The notes beneath the pieces are model-generated. The model saw nothing but the letters and a program-made list of their open reading frames with translations. It was not told where the DNA came from and searched no databases. A stretch of DNA of 63,278 bases, filler included, from Aduncisulcus paluster (lineage: Eukaryota), in assembly GCA_024181965.1 (NCBI GenBank). It is 4 parts of 4 records of this genome, joined end to end, with 100 filler letters (N's around TTAATTAATTAA, not from the genome) between each part and the next. Parts side by side here need not be neighbours in the genome. Positions count along the whole stretch, not along the records: positions 22,575 to 46,068 come from BQXS01012525.1; 3 more parts are not named here. One strand, 5' to 3'. A program made the translations under genes and the position numbers. Numbering within the stretch: the first letter of the stretch is position 1; the number at the start of each line of letters is the position of its first letter. Shown in pieces: positions 22,575 to 35,228 of the stretch.

Positions 22575-24559
22575 TGCTGGAATAAAGAGGCTGTGGATCC
22601 ATCAGTAACAGTAACAGACTGCTGAATTCCAGCATTATGTTGTCCTAAAGTATTGATAAAGGTTGTCAAAGAACCAGAACCAGACCCAAATGGCACAGTC
22701 TCTCTGGATGCAATCATAGGATTTCCTTCATGTACATCATGTTCCTTCTCTTCCTCTTCCTCGTCGTCGTATTCTTCCTCTTTTCGACGAGAATCATAAT
22801 CTTCCTCTCTTCTTTCTTCTTCCTCTCTTCTTTCTTCCTCCTCTTCCTCTCCTTTCTCTTTCTGCTTCTCAGCACTTTCTTCAAGGTCCATGGTCTTTCT
22901 TATCATATTTAACAATTTCAAGGCTTTGTAATCTTCTTCTTTCCTCTCTTCTACTCCTTTTACAACTGAACCAAACATTCCACATCGGCACAAGTCAACA
23001 ATGAATCGACGAAAGGTTGAATAAGAAACAATCCCGGGACTAGAGACTGATTTCGTAGATTTGAACAAGGTCTTTGTAAGGGAATGAAGCGTAGCAAACA
23101 ACGGAGATGAATATGAGAATTCTTTCCTCGTCGTCTTCTTCTCTTTCTCACTCTTGGTGCTAAAAATAGAACCCAGGGTTTCCTCCTCCTCACTTTCTTC
23201 CCTTTTCCTTTCTTCCTCGAGCCACTCCTCAAGCGCTGCCACACATGGTATAGTAGCGCATAAATTCTCCATTCTTTCTCCATCTACAACATTGGCCGTA
23301 TATAGGTAACCTCTTTTCTCATCAAGCCCAGGATCTCTCTTGCCATCCTTGAGTAAGACGTAATCAAGAAATGGGAGAAGCAAAAGAACACCATTCCTAT
23401 TGAGACGATGAAGAGAAGAATTAACATCATTGATCATACAACGCACACACTTTGGCTGGGATATTTTAGACTTAAGGTATTGGAGTGAAGCAGGAAGAGA
23501 AGAACATGATGCACGGTACAAATGACAGCCAGAACATACACCACATGCACACTCGGAAGCTGATAATGCTGATGATGCAGAAGTCATCGTTGATGTTACT
23601 GAAGAAGAAGAAGAGGAAGGAAGAGGAAGAACAGGAGTGAGAGTATGGGAGGTAGATATAGAGGGAATAATGGGTTGTTTTCTTTTCTTTTCAATACTAC
23701 ATGTATCCAAAACTTTCTCAAGAGCTAAAAATGGACTATCTCCAATATTGACGGATACACGAACATGAGTGAAAAGTGTAATGGCGACATGTCCTCTCAA
23801 CGAGCATCCATATGGCAAAGACACACTATAAACATCCTTTCCAAATACAGATTCTTCGGTTTGTGTGGGAAAAGCTGCCATGGCTCCACCACGAAGAGGA
23901 ACAAATTCAATTCCCTTATCTTCCCCTTCGTAGTCATCAATATTAATCACAGGTGAATCAGGCTTTTCTTTATCTCTTTGCTTTCGTTTTTGCTCACTAA
24001 GCGGCCCTTTCCGGAATAATAGACCACATCTACTTGAAGTAAAGAATACATTATGAGTATCCAAGAAATATCCAATTCCCACAGATTGGGGCTCTTGCTG
24101 AAGAGGAATATGTTTGTCCTCAATAATTACTTTGGTGTCTTTGATGGTACATTGACCTGCCTGGAAAAATAACCCACCGTCATCTAAATGGACAGCACAA
24201 GAACCACGCATCCATCCAGGCATACAATGAGAATAAAGAGCTGGAGCAAATCCAACACCACATATCAAACCAGACTCAACAGGATCTCCTTCTTCCACCC
24301 ATTCCTCCACGGTTATCTCATAATACAATGCAAGTCTCCCTTGTATACATATCAGAGCTGGTTTAAAATTAACATGACTACGGATATCATTCCAAAGAAT
24401 TTCAGAACTAATCATCCCTTTTGCCCGAAGAATCTGGGAATTTAAGTCTCCAATAAAGCGATCAGGTCCGAGAAGTGCTGGCTTGGGAGTAAAATATGTT
24501 TTATCACCTTTTTTTTCCCATTCGACTAAAAATAAATCATATCCATATACATTCGCCAT
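22575..24559 (-). CDS. SPRY/B30.2-domain protein (3' truncated by linker)
   Basis: LYYEITV..ICGVGFA..MPGWMRGSCAVHLDDGGLF..SVGIGY..VFFT..VSVNIGDSPF matches the RanBPM/Ssh4-type SPRY pattern. Followed by a Cys cluster and Glu-rich tracts. Confidence 0.72.
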
Positions 24560-24963
24560 GTTGAAACCTCGCGAATGTTGTCAAATTAATATTTCGAGGA
24601 TAATAAGCAGATGAATTTGAATAACATAGTATAGACCAATGATAATTTAATATGACTTAGCTTTATTGAGATATCTTACACAAATATTTTGTTTAATGCA
24701 TTATTTTAGTCTGTGAATTAATTTGCCTTCTAAATGTGCAATCTATCCATTTTGAATGATTACTCCCCAATAATCAGCATTAATAGTCAGTTACAATTTT
24801 CAAAAAGAGAAAGGATGATTCCTGAAGTCCTTCTTTCATTGATGATGGCTTTTGCCCATGCAAGGATCGTTTCTACACAAGTAATAAAATCAATCTTATC
24901 TCAAAATAGCACCATAGTTATCAATTGTTGAAGGTTTAATTCCCTATTACCAGCGAATAGTTC

Positions 24964-26985
24964 ATGGATTCAAATACTTTTTTTGCTGCATCTTATCACA
25001 AAAATATGTCTGAAGATAAATTTTCTTGTATTTTAGAAGCCAAACATTCTGTTCCTCCTAATGTTACCCCGGAACAGTTTAAGAAAATGTACAAAGAAAG
25101 TATCGAGAATCCCGATAAATTCTGGCTTGAACAAGCCAAAAAGTATTTCGAATTTTATAAAGAAGGCGATAAAATATGTGATTGTGATGCTGAAGAAGGC
25201 CGTGTGAAGTGGTTTTCCGGATATTATACCAACACTTGTAACAATGTTCTTGACCGCCATTTGGAGGTAAGAGGAGACTGTAACGCTCTAATTTGGGAAG
25301 GCAACGAACCTGATACACATGAATCTTTCACTTATCGCCAACTCCATCAGCATGTTTGTAAGATGGCCAATGTTCTGAAAAAGATGGGTGTTAAGAAGGG
25401 TGATCGGGTTTGTTTATACATGCCCATGCGTCCTGAAGCTGTGTTCGCTATTCTTGCTTGCTATAGAATTGGAGCTATCCATGTGAATGTTTACAGTTCT
25501 CTCTCTGTCGAAGCTCTTATTGTTAGATTACAAGAATCTGGATCTTCCATTGTTTTAACGGCCGATGAGGATGTTTCTGGAAGGAAACGTGATGCTTTGA
25601 AAGAGAAAGTCAATGCTGCTCTTAAAGAATGTCCTGATGTCCGCCACACCTTGGTTTTCCATTACACTGGGTTAGAATACGAATCTCTTGAGTCTGATGT
25701 TGTCTATGACGATATTGTGAAGGAAGTAGACGATGTGTGTGAGTGTGAACCAATGGAATGCAACGAGCCTATTTTCTGCATCTTTTCCTCTGGAAGTACT
25801 AGTAAGCCCAAAGGTATTGTCCACACTGCTGCTTTTGCTCTGTATGTTGCCCTTGTCATCCATTTACAACAAGATCTCCATTCCTCTTCCCCTGACAATC
25901 CTCACAACGATATCAGTTGGTGTATGGGTAACATTGGATGGATCGCTTCTCCTGCTTACGGTGTCCTCGGACCACTTGCCAACGGTGCTTGTACCCTTCT
26001 GTATGAGGGAGATCTCATGTACCCTACCCCCTCCAGAGTGTGGGACATTGTTGACAAACACAAGGTCACTGCCGTCTTCACTCAACCCACTCTGTTAAGG
26101 ATGCAGAGAGCCCTTGGTGAGAAATGGATCGCACACACGTCACGTGAGAGTCTCCGTACCCTTGTCCTCGGAGGGGAGCCCATGAGTGAGACCCTTTGGA
26201 GATGGGTCTATGAAGTCATCTGCAGGGATGGTATGGCTGTTCCTCACCACATTTGGGGTCAAAGTGAAGCTGCTTACCTCTGTGTCATCACAGGAGTATG
26301 TCGTTTGAAGGCTGGTGGTGTGATACCTTTCCTTGGCATGGAACCCGTTCTCGTTGATGATGCTGGCTGTGAGATTGAAGGCGAAGGAACTGGAACTCTC
26401 TTGTTGAAGAAAATATGGCCTGGATGTGTTGTTGGATGCTGGGGAAACGAAGAAGCTTATATGGATGCATATTGGCGCAAATATCCAGGCTATTACTTCA
26501 CTGGTGATTCTGCTTCCCGTGATAAGGAAGGGCTCTATACCATCATTGGTCGTGTTGATGATGTGATCAAGACTGGGTATGCCCATCGTATTGGTACCAC
26601 TGAAGTCGAGAACACTATTGTGTCCCATCCTGCCGTTGCCGAAGTAGCCGCCGTCGGTTGTCCTCATCCCATCATGGGAAGAGGTCTGTACCTCTTTGTC
26701 CGTCTGTTCCCGAAGGTCTCTCCAAGCGAAGCCATCAAGAAGCAATTCTCTGATTTGCTCGAGAAGAAGATTGGGCACATTGCCAAACCAAGTGCTGTCC
26801 AATGGGTATCTGGCCTACCCAAGACTCTGAGTGGAAAGATGATGAGAAGAATATGCAGAAACATTGCCAATGGTTCCTCTGATTATGGTGACATTAGTGG
26901 TCTGGCTAACCCAGAGATTATTCCCCTTCTCGTGAAAGATCGCATCGTTGTTGGCGAAGAAGATGAAGAAGACGAAGATGAATAA
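24964..26985 (+). CDS. acs: AMP-forming acetyl/acyl-CoA synthetase family
   Basis: YKESIENPDKFW, FSSGSTSKPKG P-loop, YFTGD, GRVDDVI, HRIGTTEVE, LPKTLSGKMMRR with the catalytic Lys. Confidence 0.93.
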   Translation: MDSNTFFAASYHKNMSEDKFSCILEAKHSVPPNVTPEQFKKMYKESIENPDKFWLEQAKKYFEFYKEGDKICDCDAEEGRVKWFSGYYTNTCNNVLDRHLEVRGDCNALIWEGNEPDTHESFTYRQLHQHVCKMANVLKKMGVKKGDRVCLYMPMRPEAVFAILACYRIGAIHVNVYSSLSVEALIVRLQESGSSIVLTADEDVSGRKRDALKEKVNAALKECPDVRHTLVFHYTGLEYESLESDVVYDDIVKEVDDVCECEPMECNEPIFCIFSSGSTSKPKGIVHTAAFALYVALVIHLQQDLHSSSPDNPHNDISWCMGNIGWIASPAYGVLGPLANGACTLLYEGDLMYPTPSRVWDIVDKHKVTAVFTQPTLLRMQRALGEKWIAHTSRESLRTLVLGGEPMSETLWRWVYEVICRDGMAVPHHIWGQSEAAYLCVITGVCRLKAGGVIPFLGMEPVLVDDAGCEIEGEGTGTLLLKKIWPGCVVGCWGNEEAYMDAYWRKYPGYYFTGDSASRDKEGLYTIIGRVDDVIKTGYAHRIGTTEVENTIVSHPAVAEVAAVGCPHPIMGRGLYLFVRLFPKVSPSEAIKKQFSDLLEKKIGHIAKPSAVQWVSGLPKTLSGKMMRRICRNIANGSSDYGDISGLANPEIIPLLVKDRIVVGEEDEEDEDE

Positions 26986-27086
26986 TTATAATACTAATAT
27001 TAATTATTATATCTCATTGTCTATATTTGAATTAGTTTAGTTATTATCAATATCTTGTGTCTCTCTTTTTTGTGCAGCAACTTCTT

Positions 27087-27120
<34 letters not shown>

Positions 27121-27747
27121 CTTGAATTTCTTGAATTTCTTATGTTAATTTTACATTTTATTCCTTCACGTTCATCCTCATTTTTCAAGTTTTTCATGGA
27201 GTTTTTTAATGATTTTCTTTTTTTCTTCTCTGATATCCATTGTTTAACTTGATTTAATGTTCTTAATGTTCTTAATGATTGAAATTTTAAATATATATAT
27301 GTCTTTTTGAGAGTTTTTTCCCTCGCAAGTTTTACATGATGTTTTTGCACAATTCCTAAATATTGATTTAACGTATTTTTTTTTTTTACTTGATTCTCGT
27401 GCCTTAATTGCCATATGGAGCTAATATTTATATATTTTACTCCTTTTTTTGTTTCTTAATGTTTATTTTACCTGTTAATGGCCACAAAATGATTCTTCTT
27501 GCCCATTATAGGGGTTGTGTGTCGTTACAGCCTTTTTTTCGACTCTAATATCTAATTACTACTCTTCCTACATTAATTACTACTCTATCTTCTATAATAA
27601 TGAATTATAATGAATAAATATCGTTCAAAATGATGTGAATTCTTCTCTCACAGTTCCTATTACTTTTGAGGGATGTTTTATAATTTTATTATTTGATTTC
27701 ATGAAATTTAGTAATTTATTTGTTTAAATTTTACATAATTATTAAAT

Positions 27748-28560
27748 TTATCGAGTTCCACGAGAGAGCATCTTGACACCATCTTGAATCTTGTTGGCGA
27801 TTGTCTGCACACTTTCAATGACCCTTTCTTCTCCGGCAGCACGAATACGTGTTTCATGTTCTACCTCATCAATGAGAGCCGTAACGTCATGTTCGAGAAT
27901 CTTTGAGTCGTCCTCGATCTTCTCCCAACTCTTCTTTTGAGCGGCTTCCATACGGGCTTTAAGTTCAGAAATCTTCTTTTCACGAAGAGCCTTAGCCTCC
28001 TCAATCTTTTCATTCACAGAGAAAACCTCATCGGTTATTTTCTTCACCATGGCAACATCATGCTGCAAACGGGATCTTTTATGAGCAGCAAGGGTGCCTT
28101 GTAACTGAGATATTTCACGATCAATGGCCTCACGAGTCTCTCTTCTGTCTTTTTCACGAGAAGCATGAGTCTCCCGAAGAGCTTCATCCATTGCAATGGC
28201 CCTTTGTTTTAACTGAGTAATACGACCCTCAATTTCTTCATTGGTGGATCTTATCCTCTCATTCATCTCATCGACCTTCCGCTTTAAATGATCCATGATG
28301 CTTTGATACACGGTAGTAAGCATATTCTTCCTGTCTTCAGTTTCACCGCTAACACGAGAATCTAGTTTACAAACACGATCTCTAATTTCCTTAATACTTC
28401 TTTCATCCTGGGAAACTTTTGTTTTAACTTGAGATTCAACCTTTGAAGAGAATGACTGAGTTTTCGTTGGAATATGAGAGAGTCGACTATGAGCTGGTGA
28501 ATCCATGACATCCCTCATACTACGCTTCATGGGAGTAAGTGTATGATCGTGAGAGTGCAT
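27748..28560 (-). CDS. SF-assemblin / beta-giardin family striated-fibre protein
   Basis: 270 aa: short head (SPAHSRLSHI) followed by continuous coiled coil ending E..IR..GEERVIESV..I..KIQDGV, typical of the family in size and pattern. Confidence 0.72.
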   Translation of the reverse strand: MHSHDHTLTPMKRSMRDVMDSPAHSRLSHIPTKTQSFSSKVESQVKTKVSQDERSIKEIRDRVCKLDSRVSGETEDRKNMLTTVYQSIMDHLKRKVDEMNERIRSTNEEIEGRITQLKQRAIAMDEALRETHASREKDRRETREAIDREISQLQGTLAAHKRSRLQHDVAMVKKITDEVFSVNEKIEEAKALREKKISELKARMEAAQKKSWEKIEDDSKILEHDVTALIDEVEHETRIRAAGEERVIESVQTIANKIQDGVKMLSRGTR

Positions 28561-28853
28561 TTATAATAGTTGTGGTGCGGCAAAATCCATGTTTGAATGA
28601 TATCTCCGGTGAAATTCAGGAGTTTTGCAAGAATAATCAAAGAAATAGATAGAATATTCCAGTATATTACAATAATTGGAATAAAAAACAGGATATTTAT
28701 TGAAAAAACTCCATAAAATATTGGGATCTCTTCTCCTCCAAACAACTCCACAAGATATTCACCATGAATACAATGATCATATATCACAAAATAGTAATCA
28801 TAGAAAAGAGAATGATATGTTAAGATTCATCATCGCGGGAAATTTACTGAAAA

Positions 28854-29642
28854 TTACTCGGCAGCAACTTTAACATCCTTCTTGGCAAGGAAAGCAGAGT
28901 GCTTGTCGAATGGAGCAGGCTCAACACGAGTCTTGGCCCAGAGGTCGGGGGTCAAGAGAGTGAAGGATTTCCTGAGGGCGTTCATTGTAGCGACAACGAA
29001 AGATCCAAGGGTACGGGTGGAACCAGTAGAGCTAGTGAAGCAATCCTGGACACCGGCGAACTGGAGAACCTTCTTGGAAACAGGGGCAGCGACGATACCA
29101 GTACCACGAGGAGCAGGGATCAAACGAACACGGACGGAACCAGCCTTACCGGTAAGTTTGAAAGGAATGGTGTGAGGAGCACCAATGTTGTTACCCCAGT
29201 AACCACGACGGATAGGGATGAGACCAAGCTTACCATTGACAATAGCACCACGGATGGCACCGGCAACTTCCTTAGCAACCTTGATACCCAAACCAACGTG
29301 ACCGTTTCTGTCACCAACAAGAACGTAAGCCTTGAAACGGGTACGCTGACCGGCGTTAGTCTGCTTCTGGACAGATTGGATCTTGATGACCTCATCAACA
29401 AGCTCAGTGGCACCTTCCTTGAAGAAGTGGTCAATGATTTGGTACTCCTTGATGGGCATGGAGTTAAGGAAAATCTCAGTAAGAGACCTGATCTTACCAG
29501 CCTTAACGAGCCTTCCGAGCTTAGTGGCGGGAACCCACTCAGCTGCTTGGGGCTTGGCACGGCGTTGGGGGCGTTTACCACCACGACCGCCACGGCCGAA
29601 ACCGCTCTGTTGCTTCTGTTGTTGTTGCTTTTCTTCAGGCAT
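28854..29642 (-). CDS. RPS2: 40S ribosomal protein S2 (uS5)
   Basis: [10 protein letters not shown]-terminus, [50 protein letters not shown]. Strong codon bias. Alternative ATG at 29675. Confidence 0.98.
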   Translation of the reverse strand: MPEEKQQQQKQQSGFGRGGRGGKRPQRRAKPQAAEWVPATKLGRLVKAGKIRSLTEIFLNSMPIKEYQIIDHFFKEGATELVDEVIKIQSVQKQTNAGQRTRFKAYVLVGDRNGHVGLGIKVAKEVAGAIRGAIVNGKLGLIPIRRGYWGNNIGAPHTIPFKLTGKAGSVRVRLIPAPRGTGIVAAPVSKKVLQFAGVQDCFTSSTGSTRTLGSFVVATMNALRKSFTLLTPDLWAKTRVEPAPFDKHSAFLAKKDVKVAAE

Positions 29643-29967
29643 CACACGAACGTTTCGAAAAGAAACTAATCTCATTGTGCCGAATTTCCGAAGCCAAGAT
29701 CTGCAATATTTGCGAATAAAAATGATAGTTTAACATAATTTATAACACCATTTCATTTTTTTATTTCCTATTATTGTGATACGACTATTGACTATTTTTG
29801 GAGAAAATGAGAAAAATGAGAAATAACAAATAAAATTCATAATTCTATTCAATTTTATCTTTGAAATGGTATATTTAGATAAAATATTCCCATCAAATTT
29901 ACAAAACTTCAAGCTTCCAGCAAACAACAATGTTTCGAAATAATCATCCTCTCTGGGTTTCCTGAGA

Positions 29968-32900
29968 ATGAAAATACCGTTAAATGTATGTATTTGTTTT
30001 TAAAAATGTTACATATATTAAATTTATTCCATTTATTTTTGAATTATTTGTTTTATTAACGTTCAATTTCTATTTTCTCCTTTAAGTTCTCAGATATATT
30101 AGCTACTCATTCTGATGGGGGTGAAATATTGTTTTCTCCTAATGGTCAAATATTATATTGCCCAATCGGCAATAGAATAAGAGCATATGACTTGATAAAA
30201 AACAAAACATATTCATTCGCTTTCGAAGCACGAAAAAATATAGATAAAATGACAATTTCTCCTTGTGGGAATTATATGTTTATAATAGATATTGAAGGAT
30301 GCGCTATTTATGTCAATTTACTTCAACAAACAATACTTCATAGAATGCATTTTAAGATGCGTGTAAAAGACGTAAAAATATCTCCATCGGGTACTCTCAT
30401 TGCGATAGCCCGTGGTTATGGAGTTGAGGTGTGGAGAATACCTGTATTTACAAGCATAACGGCAAATCCTTCCAAACGAACGATATCTCAATTATCTTCT
30501 TCTTCACGGAGTATTTTGAACACTCCTCTTTCTCTCTCTCTATCCACTCGTTCACCCCTAACAAAGCATCAATATATCAGTGGGACGTCTCCTGTGTCAT
30601 GCATCACTTGGACAATCGATTCTCACTTCCTTGCAATCGGATATCTTAGTGGAACGGTATCTGTGTGTGCCATGACGAAAGATCGGATTGATCTCGCCTC
30701 TGAAGTTAATTTAACTGGCCATTATGATGCTATTATGGGGATGTTTTTCTCAATCCACGGAGACGAAGAGAGGGAGAGACGCCAAAGAGTCATGGCTGCC
30801 GTTCTTGAGGAAAGAATGAAGAGGAAGCAAGAATATCTTGAAGAGAAGAAGAGGGAGAAAGAGGAACTCCTCAAAATCAAAAGGAAGCAACAGGAACTTG
30901 AAGATGAGGAATCATCTCAAGAATCTGCAGATAAAGAGAATCTCAACATAGAAGAAAGTAAGGGAGAAGAGGAAGAAGAGGAAGAAGAGGAAGGAATGAA
31001 TAAGGCCCAAGAAATGGATTATCGTTTCTTGTTCTCTTCAACAGTACCCAAAATGGGTTCATTCTCATCCGATGTGCTTGACTCTTCCTCCCCTCTCTCT
31101 CACATTAATTCTAATGTTTTTGAAGTGATGTTTCGAGAAATGGTGAGAGAATCGAAAGAAGATCGAGAAGAAAGGAAAGCTGAATGGGAAAGACTCGTAT
31201 CTCGTTTGAAGTATCTTGAAACAAGGAGAGCCAAGATGGTCGCAATGAAGTTGAAAAAGATTAGTGTTGTTTTGGAGGATAGTGAACATGGTTTACTTCC
31301 TGAGGAAGAGAAAGAGGAGGACAGGTCTGAAGAAGAATCATCGAAGGACGAGAAAAAAGACTATGACCAAGAAGAAGAAGAAGAAGAGGAGGAGGAGGAA
31401 GAAGAAGAAGAAGAAGAAGAATGAAGAGGAAGCAAGAATATCTTGAAGAGAAGAAGAGGGAGAAAGAGGAACTCCTCAAAATCAAAAGGAAGCAACAGGA
31501 ACTTGAAGATGAGGAATCATCTCAAGAATCTGCAGATAAAGAGAATCTCAACATAGAAGAAAGTAAGGNNNNNNNNNNNNNNNNNNNNAGAAGAAAGGAA
31601 AGCTGAATGGGAAAGACTCGTATCTCGTTTGAAGTATCTTGAAACAAGGAGAGCCAAGATGGTCGCAATGAAGTTGAAAAAGATTAGTGTTGTTTTGGAG
31701 GATAGTGAACATGGTTTACTTCCTGAGGAAGAGAAAGAGGAGGACAGGTCTGAAGAAGAATCATCGAAGGACGAGAAAAAAGACTATGACCAAGAAGAAG
31801 AAGAAGAAGGAGGAGGAGGAAGAAGAAGAAGAAGAAGAAGAAGAAGAGGAGGAGGAGGAAGGCAGATCAAAATCATCTTCTTTTATGATATCTCGTTCTT
31901 CTCTTCAACTTCTTCTCTCTTCCACCAAGCTCTCTCTGAAAGCCTATATCCATTCCAGGATGAACGATGTTTCCACTAAAGCCGCAGAGGTTGACCCCCG
32001 TGAACTGGTAGTAGTAGATCGTAAGGGGTTCATGTGGTGTTGGAGGAAAGGATTCAAGCAGGGTACAAGGAATATTCAAATGAAGAAAGGAGAAGTTCGG
32101 AAAGGAAGCGGATGGGGAAGAGGAAAGAGAGAAGGACAGAAAGTCAAGCGTCTTCTTGGTGCTTTTCATATATCTTGGCACATTCATGAGAGGATAAAAA
32201 TAAGAGATGAAATCACCGAACATCGTGGAAAGCTTGGAGGTATCAGTGGATGTGCTTATGATAGATCAACTTCTTCTGTCTGTATATGGTTTGACAGGGG
32301 AACAGTTGCTCTCCTCTCAATGAGAGACTCTTCCACTTTGGGCAGTTTTACTGCTTTATCGGGACAAGGGGTTGACCAAACAACATCTCAACTCTCTGAT
32401 CTACTCTCCTCTTCCACTTCCAAATCTTCACTCTCCCTGCTTCATAGATTCTCTGTGCGGAGTGCCGAAGATAGTTATGCTGATAGTGTATGTGTCTCTC
32501 ATGGTGCTGAGTGGATTGCTATCGCTGGTGTCGAGAAACTATGTGTATGGGAATGGGCAACAGAAACATTTATATTGAAACAGCAACAACATTCGACAGC
32601 ACCGAGATGCATTAGTGCTAGTGGTGATGGTGTATGGGCTGTGAGTGCTTGCGATAGTGGGTCTGTCAAAATGTGGAACCTTGTCAGTGGTCTCAACACC
32701 CTTACGTTCTCTGAACATAAAGCTAAAGTCACTGGGGTATGCTTTTTGGGATATACCAATAGCAAAGGGGTTGGTAACCGGAATGGGGCATTTGTATCAT
32801 GTGGTCTGGACGGTGTTTTGTGTCTGTATGATCCTGTGAAGGCCAAATGCTTTAGAAAGATTACTGTTGGGGAAGCAGGAAAGGATGGAGCCAGCTCTGT

Positions 32901-34740
32901 GTCTAAACAATTCTCTTGCGTCTGTACTGACGCTTCTGGAGAGTTTATTGTTGTGGGTTGTCACGATACCTTTGAGGTTCTTGTTTTCTACGCCAAGACT
33001 GGAGAGTTACTCGAGGTTCTATCTGGACACGAAGCCCCCGTTAGTTCCGTATGTTTTAGTCACACTGACAATGGAAAAGTTGTCTCTGCAAGTTGGGATG
33101 GCACTGTTCGTGTTTGGAATATTTTTAGTGCAGGAGGAACAAAGTGTGAAGTTTTACAACAGGAGGCTGAATGTGTGACGATGTGCATGCGTGATGATGG
33201 CTGTGAGATTGCTGTCTCATGTATGAATGGTACTGTCAGTCTGTGGAACATTTCTGAGTCTGAGGGGGAAGATGGGATGTGTAGGATGGTCTCCCATGCT
33301 GATATCAGGCTTGATGTTCTCGGTGGAGTGAGAGAGAAAGAGGAGATTAAAGATCCCCTCAGGAACTCAAAGGGACGGTTCTTCTCTACTCTGGCATATT
33401 CCAGTGACGGTAAGTGTTTGTTTGGTGCTGGAGAAACCAAGTGGATCTGTGTTTATGTATGTAACACCACAAAGAGTGAGGGTGCTGGTGGAATTGGAAT
33501 TGGAAGAGAAGAGAAGGTGTGGACGGATGATCTGTTCAGTGATAGTGTGTTTGGGTCTGGCAAACTTCGTAGTGCTGGAAAGAAGAAGAGGAAAGGATGG
33601 AGGCTTGGTGATACTATTCCACCCCACTTAATGCATCCACACTGTTCCCACGTGTCTGCAAAAGAACGTGGTGTTATCGATGCCGGTTTTCTTGGAGGTG
33701 TTTCAATAGAGAAGCCAAGGGGAGATGAGACCAACGATAAGGAAGAAAGAAAGAAGGAAAATGAATCTCTAAGATCAATGGATGATACAGTTATTCACTC
33801 TCAGCACGTTGAGATGCTTCGTGCTCGCTCAAGGAAAACTCTTGGTCACCGTATGAGGATCCGTTACTCTACAAAACCTTTCAGTCCACCACCTTCTCTT
33901 ACTTTGATCCATAAGATTCAGATCACCCACAACAAGGCTATTGATGGTGTGATGGATGAACTAAGCAGTCGTCATCGTCGTAATAATTTAGGTCTCGATG
34001 AGATGGACATTGAACTGCCTGATTGGGAAGATGAGGATAGCGAGGATTTGTATCAGCGTCTAGTTGCCAAGAAGCAAAAGATGAGACGGCAAAAGAAAGG
34101 AAATTCAATGGTTATTGGTTCCGTTGATACGAGATATGCGAAAACTGCAGAAGTCTACGGTATTGCTTTTGCTCCCGGATGTCTCCTCGTCTCTTGCATC
34201 TGTGGAATGCATAAATACACAGACAAACAGACAATACAAACACTAAATGAGTTCGATCCCACTGATTTGGCCCTTGAAGTAACACCTAGTGAGGCTTTAA
34301 GGTTGATCGATTCTGGTGCTCTTCACAGTGCTCTGATTATGGCTCTTAAGCTTGGTAATAGTGCCCTTGTGAAAAAAGCTTTTGAGGCCATGGAACTGAA
34401 GGATTTACAGCTTTTGCCCATGAGCCTTCCTTTGAAATTCTTGGCCTTGTTTATTGATTGGCTGTCCCACTATTCGTTGACCACTCAGCACATCCACCAT
34501 GCCCTGCGATGCTCTAGGTTCCTATTGCTAATTCGTGGAAGAGAAATGGAGGACAATCTCGCTGTATTTTCTCTTCCTTTAAGACAATTGAATCGCTCAA
34601 TATCTGTCAGAGTCCAGGAACTTAAAAGAGTGAGTGATTTCGCTGTCAGAGAAGGACGTTTTCTCAGAGAGTGGGCTATGGTTCAAGAAAAGAAAGAAAA
34701 ACGTCAGAAACAGAGAGAAAGTGAAGATATCGAAGAATGA
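29968..34740 (+). CDS. PWP2: WD40 SSU-processome protein PWP2/UTP1 (broken by assembly duplication and gap)
   Basis: Exon 1 MKIPLN (29968-29985), GTATGT intron 29986-30086, then FSDIL..FSPNGQILYCPIGNRIRAYDL. Also LCVWEWATETFILKQQQH, TFSEH, LEVLSGHEAPVS, SASWDGTVRVW, FDPTDL..EVTP, ALIMALKL. Confidence 0.92.
31421..31860. repeat. Misassembly duplication inside PWP2 around a GAA tract and the 20-N gap (31569-31588)
   Basis: 31421-31568 copies ~30817-30964. 31589-~31810 copies ~31166-31390. Confidence 0.88.
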
Positions 34741-35228
34741 TATTACATCGACAATGTCAAGCTCACAATTTAGCCTTTCCATTCATGAATTTCTATAATT
34801 TACAAAATATTTCTTACAAATAATCAAACAATAAAATTAATCTTTTTATATTTAATTGTAATTTGTGTTGAAGTATTATTCGAGTTCCAACCACTCTCTA
34901 ACTATTCAGAATCTGCCAGAGTGTCCGATTCTCACAAATTAGATCTATCCTCAGCAACAATTTTGGATACAAAACAAATATTTTAACTCGTATGTGCAAG
35001 ATTATAACCATCAATGATTGATATTAATCATACATTCTCTGATGATTTTGTTTTGGTCATCCCTTGTTAACCAACAACTTATTCACAATTTGATCAACAT
35101 TATTTTTGTATTTTTTATAATGTAAATAATAATTTATCATTGATCAAATTTTTATTTTATTCATTCCACCCGTTCTTCTTCATATCGCGTTTTGTCATAT
35201 TATTTATTAACATATTTTGATATTTTAG

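Noticed and set aside
24815..24960. Possible upstream exon adding a leader (MIPEVLLSLMMAFAHARIVSTQ) to the ACS-like gene
   Set aside because: It would need a GTAATA donor, unlike all nine supported introns. No other support.
27021..27350. Lys-rich ORF and poly-T run
   Set aside because: Low-complexity AT-rich intergenic DNA.
28899..29669. Long antisense ORFs over RPS2 (also over PFO 43455-44783, Hsp70, SOD and ACS)
   Set aside because: Shadows of strong codon bias in highly expressed genes.
30817..31860. Tandem repeat domain inside PWP2
   Set aside because: Exact copies next to a 20-N gap and a GAA tract; best explained as misassembly.
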